DNA of 64,000 bases from a bacterium (GTDB lineage: Bacteria > SAR324 > NAC60-12), in contig OZ242383.1 of NCBI GenBank assembly GCA_965209155.1, forward strand, positions 2,880,001 through 2,944,000, written 5' to 3'. The position numbers and the translations under genes are program-made. The first letter of the stretch is position 1, and the number at the start of each line of letters is the position of its first letter. This document shows, in pieces, positions 41,270-54,500 of this stretch. Under the pieces are notes generated by a model, which was not told the DNA's origin, did no database searches, and was given only the letters and a program-made list of their open reading frames with translations.

Positions 41270-43399
41270 TCAGACAAGTTGTTCTTTCAGAGCTTCCGGT
41301 GTATGAACAGGGAGTCGACATACCATATTCTGACAGACATATGCAGTCGCTTTGCCGTTAAGAGCCACTCGTCCCTTTGCCAGGGGGATGATTTGATTAA
41401 CACGTGACGGGTTACTTCGGTCCACTTCATTTATCGGGACAAAGATAGTGACGAGGTTTGGATAGTAACCCCGTCTCGCCACTTTGAGTAAAGATTCCGT
41501 TTTCTGCTCACCGCGCTCACCCACAATCACCAATTGTTTGGGTTTAATCAATAACCAATGCAAGGCCCAGTGCATGGCGGAAAAACCCACTCCTGCTTCT
41601 TTGAGATAGGGGGCGAATCCATCCAGAATCCGCTGAGCATCCTCCGGATAACTGCCTTGAAGACCATAGGCCGTTAATTTGAGAAATACCAGGGCCGCCG
41701 TGCTATTTCCGGAAGGCTCCACGCCATCGTATCCCTCCATGTTGCGAGTCAGCAGCTTTTCCGCATCTATTCCCACGTCGAAATAGGGTCCGGATTCATT
41801 TTTAAACAAACCATTGATATCATTGACCAATTGGATTGATTTTTCCAGCCATTGCAGTTGATAAGAGTACTCATACAAATCCAAACAAGCAGCTGCCAAT
41901 TGGGCATAATCGCATAAATAGGCAGGAAAACGGGCCTCCCCCTGCCGGAAACGTCGGAGCAATCGATTTTCTGAATTGACCAGGTTTGAAAAAATGAATT
42001 GAGCTGCTTGTGAAGCAACGTCACCATATTGGGGCCGGGCAAATACACGACCTGCCCGGGCAAATTGTGAAATCATCAGCGCGTTCCAGGAAGTGAGAAT
42101 TTTGTCATCACACAAGGGACGTATTCGTTGGTCGCGAAATTTCAGCAACTTATACCGGGCTTTTTCCATTTTTTTTGAAAGCGTCCCTACGGAAATTCCC
42201 AGTTGTTTTGCCACCTCTTCTGCTGAACGAGGACAATGGAGAATATTTTTTCCTTCAAAATTTCCTCCTTTTTTGATTCCTGGACCGGCAACATGCCAAT
42301 ACAAACAGGCCTGCCGGCCTGCATCCGGACCCAGGATTTCGAGAATCTCCTCTGCTTGCCAGACATAAAATTTACCTTCTTCTCCTTCACTATCGGCATC
42401 TTCGGCAGAATAGAATGCACCTTCCGGAGACCGCATATCTCGGAGAATGTAAGACAAGACATCCTCGGCGGCTTCCTGGTAGAACGGGTTACCTGTCACT
42501 TGATAAGCCTCGATGAGGGCGCTGGTAAACAAGGCATTGTCATAAAGCATTTTCTCGAAATGAGGAACAAGCCACTGGTAATCAGTGCTGTAGCGGCTCA
42601 ATCCCCCCCCTAGCTGGTCATAAATGCCGCCATTTTTCATTTTAGTCAGTGTCTTTTCAACCATGGCCAGGCTCAGGGGGTCTGCCGTTCTTCGATAATG
42701 CCTCAGTAACAGCATCAGCCCCATACTGGGCGGGAATTTATTTTGTGGCTGCAAAGTAAAACCACCCTCCTCGGGATCGAAACTTCGTTTATAAGAGTCG
42801 ACTGTCTGATCTTCAGCACTCCAGTCCCAATCAAACGTGGACGGATTAACCACGGCTGCTTGTTTTTGCAAGTGTGTTGTGAGGGATTCTGCTGATTGGT
42901 GAATACGTTCACGCTCGTTTTTCCAAGTACGGGCAATAATTTGCAGGACCCGTCGGAAGCTCGGACGACCATACCTGTTTTCGGGTGGAAAATAAGTTCC
43001 TCCCGTTATCGGTTTTCCATCTGGCGTAACAAACATGTTCAAGGGCCAACCACCTTGCTGATTGAGCGCATGCAGAGCGTCCATGTAGATTTTATCCACG
43101 TCCGGCCGCTCTTCGCGGTCTACTTTGATAGCGACGAAATGTTCGTTCAAATAGGTCGCCAAAGCAGGATCTTCAAAAGATTCCCGTTCCATCACATGAC
43201 ACCAATGACAGGTGGCATACCCGATGCTGACCAACACCGGTTTGTCTTCTTTTTTTGCTTTTTCAAATCCATCCTTCCCCCAAGGATACCAATCTACGGG
43301 GTTATGGGCATGCTGTAGCAAGTAAGGACTTTTTTCGTGGATCAACCGGTTGGTGGCGTCAGATTTCCGGTCCTTGCTCAGTGTGGAAGGATTAACCAT
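41270..43399 (-). CDS. Thioredoxin-domain YyaL/SSP411 (DUF255) protein
   Basis: [47 protein letters not shown]. Confidence 0.93.
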   Translation of the reverse strand: MVNPSTLSKDRKSDATNRLIHEKSPYLLQHAHNPVDWYPWGKDGFEKAKKEDKPVLVSIGYATCHWCHVMERESFEDPALATYLNEHFVAIKVDREERPDVDKIYMDALHALNQQGGWPLNMFVTPDGKPITGGTYFPPENRYGRPSFRRVLQIIARTWKNERERIHQSAESLTTHLQKQAAVVNPSTFDWDWSAEDQTVDSYKRSFDPEEGGFTLQPQNKFPPSMGLMLLLRHYRRTADPLSLAMVEKTLTKMKNGGIYDQLGGGLSRYSTDYQWLVPHFEKMLYDNALFTSALIEAYQVTGNPFYQEAAEDVLSYILRDMRSPEGAFYSAEDADSEGEEGKFYVWQAEEILEILGPDAGRQACLYWHVAGPGIKKGGNFEGKNILHCPRSAEEVAKQLGISVGTLSKKMEKARYKLLKFRDQRIRPLCDDKILTSWNALMISQFARAGRVFARPQYGDVASQAAQFIFSNLVNSENRLLRRFRQGEARFPAYLCDYAQLAAACLDLYEYSYQLQWLEKSIQLVNDINGLFKNESGPYFDVGIDAEKLLTRNMEGYDGVEPSGNSTAALVFLKLTAYGLQGSYPEDAQRILDGFAPYLKEAGVGFSAMHWALHWLLIKPKQLVIVGERGEQKTESLLKVARRGYYPNLVTIFVPINEVDRSNPSRVNQIIPLAKGRVALNGKATAYVCQNMVCRLPVHTPEALKEQLV

Positions 43400-43564
43400 T
43401 TTCGGTCAACAAAGCGTATGAAATTTACGATACCAATATTGGTTCCAACGTAGCCAATTCCCCACCGAAACATTTGCACTGCCAAACGAAATATTCCGGT
43501 TTTGAGAGGTGCGGCATTGTAACAAAGCGTTCGCTCAATTGCAAAAAAATATTGACATTGCGTT

Positions 43565-46500
43565 TCAGCGCATTTGTTCCCCTGTGCCTTTCAGTTCCTT
43601 GAAAATATTCACTCTCCTGTTTTCATCCGCCAACCGGGGAAGATGAACAATCGCGGGTCGCCGGTTGGAAACGCCGGCTTCCCCGGACGCGGGAGAGTGG
43701 TTCTGCCGGGAAAGGGGCAACCCGGACGCTGTTGACACGTTGAGGGTGAAATTTTCCGGATTGGGGAAAGTAAGTTCCACTTCATCGTCCCCGGATAAAG
43801 AAAGCCACTGTAGTTTATTTTTATAAGCAGGGCTACGAATGACCTGTTGCGCAATTTCTCCCCATACCGGCAAACCTCCCGAAGAGCCTGTCAATCGAAA
43901 GGGAAGCGGCTCTGCGTCCGGATCTTGACGATCCAAACCAATGTAGGTTGAAATCGTATATCCTCCCGACACAGCGACACCATCGTCCTGAATTGCAGGG
44001 AGAAATCCGACATAAGTGGCATTGCTGTAACTATTGGCGGTGCCGGTTTTTCCATATGCAGGTAAACGCAAAGTATAGCGAGAATTGTCAGCGTCTCCGT
44101 CCAGGTCCTGTGTCCAGACGAGGTAAGGTTTGACGCGCCTCCCTGTTCCATGCTCCACCACGTTTCTTAAAATTTCTCGTAAAACATGGCGGGTTTCTTC
44201 GTCCAAAATCCGTTTAGAGACGAGTGTTTCCTGATAAATGAGATTGCCTTTTGAATCCTCGATACGGTCGATCAATTTCCACGTGTTTTGCCACGGTGTT
44301 TCCGCACGGGTCATTATCTGTCCCGAAACAAAACTTTGATACATCAGTGCCAATTCATCCAGCGTCACTTCATTTGATCCCAATGGAAAGGAAAGAACAG
44401 GCCTGAGCTCACTTTGAATTCCCAAAATTTTTGATAGTTTGATCACAGTGTGTAATGCGAGGCTAATACGAAAATCATGATGGTAGTATAATCGTTGTGG
44501 AGCATAAGAATGGAATCGCTTCATCTCTTCCAGGTGCTGTTTCACCAGGTCCCTTGTAGTTGTCAGGATGGATAAGCGTATTATTCCTTCAATCCGGATA
44601 TTATCCGGATGAAAGAGGGTCTGTTTCCATTGATTGCCTGATTCTTTTTGTTGATCCGGAAGTCGGATCTCCATCTTCGACTCCAAGACTTGCAGGGTGG
44701 CATAATCCAGAGGTTTCCATTCGGGAGGTAGCGAATTTTCCGAATCTGAAAATGCCAGAATTGGTACTTCGGTTGTTGAATCCCTACCTCCCGACGCACC
44801 ATTCAAGCGTACCCCCTCATCTACAAAGTGATCGGGCGCTGAAGATGAAGCAATACTGCTTTCTATGCCAGACGCTTCGTATTTCTTATCCGGCTGGTAC
44901 ACATAAAATCCTTTAAACAAGAGATCATTCCCCCGAGTATCTTCGTCAGGTGTCGTTGAAGTTGTAGTTTCATCTTCGGCGACAGGTGCTGTGGTCGGGG
45001 TTTCTGTGCCTTCGCCGTCCCAATACGCATCAAGCAATGATAACTTTTCCAATGCCATTTTCGCAATTTTTTCAAATCGTAGAAAATTATGTTCCAGGTG
45101 CTCTCCTTTCAACGTCCTATGGTTCAATTTGTTTCTTTTCCAAGCCTTGTAGGCTTTTTCCCAACCTTGACCATAATGCAGGCGATCCCAGATCTGCGCT
45201 TCTTCTGAAAATTCATCCATTAAAAATTCATTTTTCAAACGTTTTTGCACCACGGCAAATATTCCGGGTAGCATGTGAGCTTCGTTTTCAATGATCCCGT
45301 GGTCGTCACGTAGCCGGTACCCATAATCCCGAAGAGATTCCTCCCGTTTTCGATCCAAACCACTGAAACGAATCAACTGGGTGAATTGCTCCAGGTCCAA
45401 GTGATCCAGCAAATGCGCCAGTAAATAAACGCTGGCCAGATTCTCGGATTTGACTCCTGCCCAGACGATGCTACTGATGGATGCTGGAGGAGTGTGGTCC
45501 GGTCTCGGAAAATAGTACTGACCCTGAAAAGGATAGATTCGACGTTCATTGGGTAAAACGTCCAGTGGATTCCATCCCAATTGCAAGGCTGTCAAGTAAA
45601 CAGGAAGTTTGAAAGTCGACCCGGGTTGTCTCTTTGCCTGTAACGCGCGATTGAAACCATAATTGTGAAACCCCCCAACCATGGCGCGCACTTCTCCTTC
45701 TTGCAAAATGAACACCCCCCCATTCAAACGAGGTTCTTGTTCAATGGCCACGTCCCACTCCCCGTCCGGTCTTTTTTGCAGGGTTGAAACCAGTACGGGA
45801 TCTCCCGGTTTCAATATGGACAGTGCCTTCTGGTAATGAGAAGGAGCGATTTCTTCTCCATCGGTGCCGGACAGGTTAAGAACCTGTTGAACAAAGGAAT
45901 CTAAATTCATGTTTTGCACTACCCCTTGCTCCGCCCCTATTCGAATGGTCACTTTCGGGAGGGAAGACGAAACCTCAGCTTCGACTTTCAGGATGGTTCC
46001 CACATAAAACTTGTTGATCTCGGGTTTGATTTTTTCAGAATGGGGGGGACCGGCAGGAGGAGTGTAGGGGGCAATCAGAAATTCCAATTTCGACAAATGT
46101 CGTTTGAGTGCAAATTCACCAATCCGGGACAAATCCGCATCGAGCGTCGTGTAAATGTTCACTTCTGCTCGACGCAAATCCGAAATCCCTTTTTCCAGTA
46201 ACTTGCTTTTCCAGGGTTCGCTCTCTAATACTTTCAAGGCCGCGTCCATTTGATGGCTTTCTTCAAAACGAAAGTCACCTTGACGAAACGCGACGGGATG
46301 CGCTGTAGCAAGCTCATATTCCCTGGCGGTGATGACGCCTTTGAGGCGCATGTTGTTTAATACGTAATTTCTGCGTCCCGTCGCCTTCTCGATAATCTGT
46401 CCCGACAACTGAGGATCATCAACGCCGAATGGAGTGTAATTGGCAGGTCCTTTCACGGAACCCGCAATGAAAGCGATTTCGGAAAGGTTCAATTCGGAAA

Positions 46501-47113
46501 CTCTCTTGTCGAAATAATAACGCGCAGCAATCGCCAATCCTTGTCCGGTGCCATGTACGTGAAAAAGGTTAGTGTAAAACTCCAGAATCTGATCTTTGGA
46601 ATAACGGGTTTCCAGGCGAAAGGCATCTAAAGTTTCCAGGACTTTTTCCTTCCATTTACCCCATTCATCCGTTGCTTTGTGATTGAATAGAATTTCTGCC
46701 GTTTGCTGGCTCAGGGTGCTTCCTCCCTGGACCACCTTTCGCGCCTTCAGATTAGCAATTGCCGCTCTTAAAATACTTAAAGGAGAGATACCGATATGAT
46801 TATAAAAATTTTGATCTTCACTGGCAACTATCGCTTTGAGAAACAGAAGGGGAATTGTACTGACCGGATGCATACTGGTGCTCAAGGGGTCCGGCATGAG
46901 AAGGTATTCGCGATGGGCTTCACTATAGAGGGCACCCAGCTTCGTTTTACCATCCCGGTAATATACCGTCGATTCGGTGAGGACTGATTGCTTAATCCTT
47001 TGTTCGTCGAGATGATCTCCGGGGGCTACGAAGATCAGATTTACCAGAAAGGCGGAACTTCCCAGGAAGAAAAAGGTCAATATAAGGACAAAAAAGAAAA
47101 AAAACTGTTTCAC
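43565..47113 (-). CDS. Class A penicillin-binding protein (PBP1A-like) with large insertions
   Basis: GT51 EDQNFYNHIG, GGSTLSQQ; transpeptidase RQPGSTFK, SEN, GKTGT. Confidence 0.88.
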   Translation of the reverse strand: MKQFFFFFVLILTFFFLGSSAFLVNLIFVAPGDHLDEQRIKQSVLTESTVYYRDGKTKLGALYSEAHREYLLMPDPLSTSMHPVSTIPLLFLKAIVASEDQNFYNHIGISPLSILRAAIANLKARKVVQGGSTLSQQTAEILFNHKATDEWGKWKEKVLETLDAFRLETRYSKDQILEFYTNLFHVHGTGQGLAIAARYYFDKRVSELNLSEIAFIAGSVKGPANYTPFGVDDPQLSGQIIEKATGRRNYVLNNMRLKGVITAREYELATAHPVAFRQGDFRFEESHQMDAALKVLESEPWKSKLLEKGISDLRRAEVNIYTTLDADLSRIGEFALKRHLSKLEFLIAPYTPPAGPPHSEKIKPEINKFYVGTILKVEAEVSSSLPKVTIRIGAEQGVVQNMNLDSFVQQVLNLSGTDGEEIAPSHYQKALSILKPGDPVLVSTLQKRPDGEWDVAIEQEPRLNGGVFILQEGEVRAMVGGFHNYGFNRALQAKRQPGSTFKLPVYLTALQLGWNPLDVLPNERRIYPFQGQYYFPRPDHTPPASISSIVWAGVKSENLASVYLLAHLLDHLDLEQFTQLIRFSGLDRKREESLRDYGYRLRDDHGIIENEAHMLPGIFAVVQKRLKNEFLMDEFSEEAQIWDRLHYGQGWEKAYKAWKRNKLNHRTLKGEHLEHNFLRFEKIAKMALEKLSLLDAYWDGEGTETPTTAPVAEDETTTSTTPDEDTRGNDLLFKGFYVYQPDKKYEASGIESSIASSSAPDHFVDEGVRLNGASGGRDSTTEVPILAFSDSENSLPPEWKPLDYATLQVLESKMEIRLPDQQKESGNQWKQTLFHPDNIRIEGIIRLSILTTTRDLVKQHLEEMKRFHSYAPQRLYYHHDFRISLALHTVIKLSKILGIQSELRPVLSFPLGSNEVTLDELALMYQSFVSGQIMTRAETPWQNTWKLIDRIEDSKGNLIYQETLVSKRILDEETRHVLREILRNVVEHGTGRRVKPYLVWTQDLDGDADNSRYTLRLPAYGKTGTANSYSNATYVGFLPAIQDDGVAVSGGYTISTYIGLDRQDPDAEPLPFRLTGSSGGLPVWGEIAQQVIRSPAYKNKLQWLSLSGDDEVELTFPNPENFTLNVSTASGLPLSRQNHSPASGEAGVSNRRPAIVHLPRLADENRRVNIFKELKGTGEQMR

Positions 47114-47778
47114 ATCCTGTTCTTGTAGTGTTTATAGATTTTTTTAGCCGTTACCTGACAGAGTATCTTTTCGGGTAAAACAACCGCAGTCAATCGATTG
47201 CCGTAAACGCATCCCGTATCCAAACCAATCGCATTGCTCCGTAGTACCAACCCCCGCTGAGCCCAATGTCCAAAGACAACCAGTTTGGAACGATCATACA
47301 ATTCAAACCAGGAGGGGTGAGCAGGATTGTTCAAATCCTTTCCCTCTCCATCCCACGTGCGAATACGGCACAAGATCGAAATCGGGGTCTCCGAAGGGTG
47401 TTGGGCGGGAACCAGGCCTCCATGAACCACTAAAAATTGTTCTGCTTCGATATAGCCGGGCAAGCGGCCAAGCCACTCCCGCCACCTGTTCAGATGCCCT
47501 CCCATTTGCTCTTTTAACTGTTCAAAGCCCAGGGAAAAAGGGGCACCCTCCTTTAAATATTTCAAAAACTTCCATTCATGATTACCCATTACGACTTCTG
47601 CCGACAACGAATCAGCTTTTTGCAAAACTTCGAAGGAGTGTGGACCTTTGTTGATCAGATCTCCTGTAAAAATTAAGCGATCCTCCCCCGGGCGATGGCC
47701 GACCTTGTCGAGTAAGGCTTCCAGTTCCTCCAAACATCCGTGTACATCTCCAATAATTATTGTCCTGGAACTATTCAT
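47110..47778 (-). CDS. Metallophosphoesterase (ApaH/PrpE-like)
   Basis: GDVHG, GDLINKG, GNHE, VHGG, FGHWA, LDTGC. Confidence 0.9.
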   Translation of the reverse strand: MNSSRTIIIGDVHGCLEELEALLDKVGHRPGEDRLIFTGDLINKGPHSFEVLQKADSLSAEVVMGNHEWKFLKYLKEGAPFSLGFEQLKEQMGGHLNRWREWLGRLPGYIEAEQFLVVHGGLVPAQHPSETPISILCRIRTWDGEGKDLNNPAHPSWFELYDRSKLVVFGHWAQRGLVLRSNAIGLDTGCVYGNRLTAVVLPEKILCQVTAKKIYKHYKNRM

Positions 47779-47819
47779 TGCCTGACCAAAACCTGGGAAA
47801 ATATCGTAAAGAAAAGGTA

Positions 47820-48059
47820 TCAGCGAAGTTTTTTCCACCAATTCAATACCAATGCTTTTTCTCTTTCCCGGAAGGCCAGCTCCTCAATTTTTCCTTCTTT
47901 CCTTCCTTGTCGGAGATAATGCAATTTGACCAGCCATTCCTTTTGACTGTCACAAACGCTCCATCCCTGACTTTTTTGACGAACCAATTGATCATACTCT
48001 GCAGATTCAATTTCGATAGGGTAATCTTTCGCATTCGGAGTGAGTGAAATCATCGGCAT
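47820..48059 (-). CDS. Small hypothetical protein
   Basis: Protein-like ORF MPMISLTPNAKDYP..EWLVKLHYLRQG..LVLNWW, co-oriented with the downstream genes. Confidence 0.6.
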   Translation of the reverse strand: MPMISLTPNAKDYPIEIESAEYDQLVRQKSQGWSVCDSQKEWLVKLHYLRQGRKEGKIEELAFREREKALVLNWWKKLR

Positions 48060-48109
48060 GCTTAATGAATTGACATTGTTTTTTGAATTGTTTGAAATGG
48101 CGTCGAATA

Positions 48110-48200
48110 AAGGCGCAGAGGGACAAAGGCGCAAAGAAGCATTTGCAGAAATTAAAACATACTTTGCGCCTCAGTACCTTCGCTCCTTTGCGCCTCTTCT
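48110..48200. repeat. Inverted aaggcgcaaag / ctttgcgcct repeat cluster
   Basis: Two aaggcgca units face two ctttgcgcct units across a short spacer. Confidence 0.65.
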
Positions 48201-48230
48201 CCCTATGGTTTTTCATATTAAAATAAGTGA

Positions 48231-50309
<2,079 letters not shown>

Positions 50310-50333
50310 ATAAAAGACATTGAAGCGAGTCAC

Positions 50334-51509
50334 ATGAGTAAAAAACGTATCGTGATAAAAGTGGGGACCAACGTCTTGCAAAGCAGGAAGGGTAAATTGG
50401 ACTACAATTTAATCCGGGACCTCGCCGAGCAAATTGCTTCCCTTCTGGATGAAAACTACGAAATCCTGTTTGTCAGTTCCGGAGCAGTCGGTGCCGGTCA
50501 GGAATTGCATCCAACGTTGAGGACTCAGATCCAGGGGCGCGGGGGTCGAGGCCCCCGCATCGGAAACCAATCGTTTTCCGACCCGGCTTCCCACCCGATG
50601 AGTCAAAAGATGCCGTGGGGAAAAGACTCGATTTTGCGAGAGCAAATGATGGCGGCAGTGGGTCAAGTACGTTTGATGCAGATCTATTCTGATTTTTTTC
50701 TGGAGCATCAAATCGTGATTGCCCAGGTGCTGGTAACCCGTTCTGATTTTGGCAATCGCACTGCCTGGTTGAATATCCGTAACACGCTGGAAGGGCTGTT
50801 GAAAATCAGGGTGCTTCCCATTATCAATGAAAACGACGTGGTGGCCACGGAAGAATTGGCTCCTCAATTTGGTGACAACGATCAACTCGCCGTCTTTGTC
50901 TCTGCGCTGATCAGTGCCGACACTTTGTTTTACCTGACCAATACCTCGGGTTTGCTCCGGGGTTCTGATCTGATTGAAACCGTGACGGAAGTCAACGACG
51001 AGATCTTGAGTTATTGCGACACCACCATCGCAACTGGAGCAAAAGGTGGGATGTTGAGCAAGGTCAAGGCAGCGGGAATGGCAATGTCGTTTGGTATAGA
51101 TACCTACATTCTTTCAGGAAAATCTTACAACGCAGTTTCTCGAATATTAGCCGGAGAATGCATCGGCACTCATTTTGTCTCCCAGGGTAAAAAAGTCAGA
51201 AGCTACCGGAAATGGCTGGCGACGGGGGTGATGGGAAATGGTCGCCTGACGATCGATGCGGGGGCTGAAAATGCTTTGCAAAATAAAAAAAGCTTATTGG
51301 CAGCCGGCGTCACCGAGATTTCCGGAAATTTTCAAACCAAGGACCTGGTCACCATTTATAACCAGTCTGACGTTAAAATAGGGGTGGGACGGATCAATCT
51401 TTCTTCAGAAGAACTGAAACAACGAATGCTCGAACAACCCCCATCTCGCTCCTTGACCGTAATTCACCGGGATCACCTGGTGTTGGTTGATCCATCCCTT
51501 TCTTCCTGA
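50334..51509 (+). CDS. proB: Glutamate 5-kinase with PUA domain and an internal insertion
   Basis: IVIKVGT, VSSGA, AAVGQ, PIINENDVV, FGDND, GGMLSK, IHRD. Confidence 0.94.
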   Translation: MSKKRIVIKVGTNVLQSRKGKLDYNLIRDLAEQIASLLDENYEILFVSSGAVGAGQELHPTLRTQIQGRGGRGPRIGNQSFSDPASHPMSQKMPWGKDSILREQMMAAVGQVRLMQIYSDFFLEHQIVIAQVLVTRSDFGNRTAWLNIRNTLEGLLKIRVLPIINENDVVATEELAPQFGDNDQLAVFVSALISADTLFYLTNTSGLLRGSDLIETVTEVNDEILSYCDTTIATGAKGGMLSKVKAAGMAMSFGIDTYILSGKSYNAVSRILAGECIGTHFVSQGKKVRSYRKWLATGVMGNGRLTIDAGAENALQNKKSLLAAGVTEISGNFQTKDLVTIYNQSDVKIGVGRINLSSEELKQRMLEQPPSRSLTVIHRDHLVLVDPSLSS

Positions 51510-51536
51510 GATCACCCAGCCATTTTTACTATTTTC

Positions 51537-54500
51537 ATGAAAAAAAATACCAGAGAAATAGTCATTGTGGGGGCCAATGAACACAATCTTAAAAATGTCA
51601 ATTTGACTATTCCCCGAGACACCTTGACGGTTTTCACAGGGGTGAGTGGCTCCGGAAAATCTTCCCTGGCATTCGACATCATTTTCAAAGAAGGCCAGCG
51701 TCGTTTCGTCGAGTCTCTTTCTTCCTATGCCCGTCAATTTTTAGGTCAAACGGAGAAACCCAAAGTAGAACATATTGAGGGGCTCAGTCCCACCATTTCG
51801 GTCGACCAGAAAACGGTGAACCGGAATCCACGTTCTACCGTGGGGACCATCACTGAAATCTATGATCATTTCCGACTCCTTTTTGCCCGTCTCGGTACGC
51901 CTCACTGTCCTCGATGCGGGATTGAAATCACTTCTCAAACAGCTGATCAAATCACGGATCATGCATATCTGGAAGCCTTGAATGAGCCTTGTTTGATTTT
52001 GGCCCCCATGATCACGGAACGAAAGGGAGAATACCGCCGCGAACTGGAACAATGGTTTCGAGAAGGCTTCCTCCGGGCACAGATTGACGGAGAAATTCGT
52101 CGTCTGGACGAGGAGATTGCGTTAGCTCGTTATGAAAAGCATTCCATCAACCTGGTAATCGACCGCATGACCCTTACTGCGACAGAAAAAAGCCGGTTCG
52201 TGGAAGGAGTAGAACGGGCATTGCATCTCACGGAAGGATTAGTCATCGTACATTACAAGAACAAAGATCATCTATTCAGTCAACTGATGGCCTGTCCCCG
52301 GTGCCAGGTCGCCATTCCGGAGATGGAGCCCCGCCTTTTTTCTTTCAATGCCCCACAAGGGGCTTGCTTCCGTTGTAAAGGTATTGGTTCCATTACCTTT
52401 TTCAAAGAAGACAAATTGTGTGATCCACAGAAAACATTGTTCGATGGCGCCCTCAAGTGCATCACCGAACGGGGCAATATCATGTTTACCCGAATCGACC
52501 AATCCCATTTCAAACAGCTCGTCAAACAATTTCGCATTGACGCATCCCTTCCGTGGGGTCAACTCCCGTCAACGCAACGCAAAATGATCCTGCAGGGAAA
52601 TGCGCCGATTCCCCTGGGTATTTCCAATATATTCCGCCATGGGTCCATATTAGGTAAACGCCTGAGAGTACAAAAACAATGGCCGGGAGTGATTCCAATT
52701 TTAGAATACGTCAATAAATTCGTGAAAAGTTCCCTTGAAAAATTTCAGGATCAACTCACCTGCCCGGAATGTAGCGGTCGTCGCTTGAATCCCACGGCAC
52801 TCGCCGTCCGATTTCGTGGACAGACCATCGAAACCATTTCTTTGATGTCGATTGAAGAAAGTCTGGAATTTTTTGAGTCGCTGCAAATCAATGAAAAAGA
52901 ACGAAAAATCGGTCGGGATATTTTCCGGGAAATCAGAAGCCGGCTCAAATTTCTGAATGACGTGGGAGTGGGTTACCTCAGTCTCAACCGCTCTGCTGCC
53001 ACGCTATCCGGGGGTGAAGGACAGCGCATTCGTTTGGCCTCTCAAGTAGGATCCGGATTACAAGGGGTCCTTTACATTCTCGATGAACCCTCCATCGGCC
53101 TGCATCAAAGCGACAATCAAAAACTGATTCATACCCTCAAATTACTACGCGACCGGGGCAATACGGTTTTAGTCGTCGAGCATGACGAAGAAACCATCAC
53201 CTCAGCCGACCACCTGGTCGATATCGGTCCGGAAGCGGGAAAAAATGGAGGAACCATCACTGCCCAGGGAACTTTGAATTCTTTGATTCAAGCCGCTGAT
53301 TCGATCACAGGACAATTTCTGGCAGGCCATGAAACAATCCCGATCCCTGCCAAACGTCGCTCGCCCAATGGAGCTTGCCTGACCATTCATGAAGCCGCAT
53401 TGAACAATTTACGGAATATCACCGTTAAAATTCCCCTGGGAGTTTTTGTCGCCATAGCCGGAGTTTCCGGTTCTGGTAAATCGTCATTGATCAATGGGAT
53501 CCTGAAAAAAGCCTTGTCCCAACATCTGACTCGGAGGAGGGGTCTAATTGCTGAATTGCCTTTTTCTAAAAAAAAACAATTCAGATCCTTGACACCTCCC
53601 CCAGGTGTCGCCTCGGCTTCAGCTGAGCCGACACCTGAACATGAAAGTGGCGCTGAAGATGAAATTCCGGGAGCTCACGAAAAAATCAGCGGACTGCAAC
53701 AGGTCGATCGAGTGATTGAAATCAATCAATCCCCGATTGGAAGGACCCCCCGCAGTAATCCCGCCACCTATACCAAAGCCTTTGATGAAGTCCGCAAACT
53801 CTTTGCATCCGTTCCCGAATCAAAATCACGGGGGTACAAACCGGGACGTTTTTCCTTCAACGTGAAAGGAGGACGCTGCGAGGATTGCAAAGGTGCAGGC
53901 ATTCAAACCATAGAAATGCAATTTTTAAGCGACGTGCAAATTCCCTGTGATGCCTGCCAGGGAAAGCGATTCAATGCGGAAACATTACAGATTTACTACA
54001 AGGGCAAAACGATTTATGACGTCCTGGAAATGACGGTGATTGAAGCCTTTGATTTTTTTGCCGCCATTCCACCATTAGCACGTATTTTACAGACGCTGAA
54101 AGACGTGGGATTGGTCTATATGCGTTTGGGACAACCCTCGACGACCCTTTCCGGGGGTGAAGCCCAACGGGTGAAACTGGCTGCTGAACTGCGCAAAAAA
54201 TCCACCGGAAAAACCCTTTATATCCTGGATGAACCCACCACCGGCCTTCATTTTCAGGACATCCGCGTCCTGCTGGGTTGTCTCAATCGTTTGATTGACC
54301 AGGGAAACACAGTCATTGTCATTGAACACAACCTGGATGTGCTCAAAGTCGCGGATTATCTCATCGAATTGGGACCCGGAGGTGGTAAACACGGAGGCCG
54401 GGAAATTTGCCACGGCACCCCTGAATCGGTAGCGCGACACCAACATTCGCTTACAGGAAAATTTCTGAAACGGATGTTGAAAAACACTCTTGAACATGGC

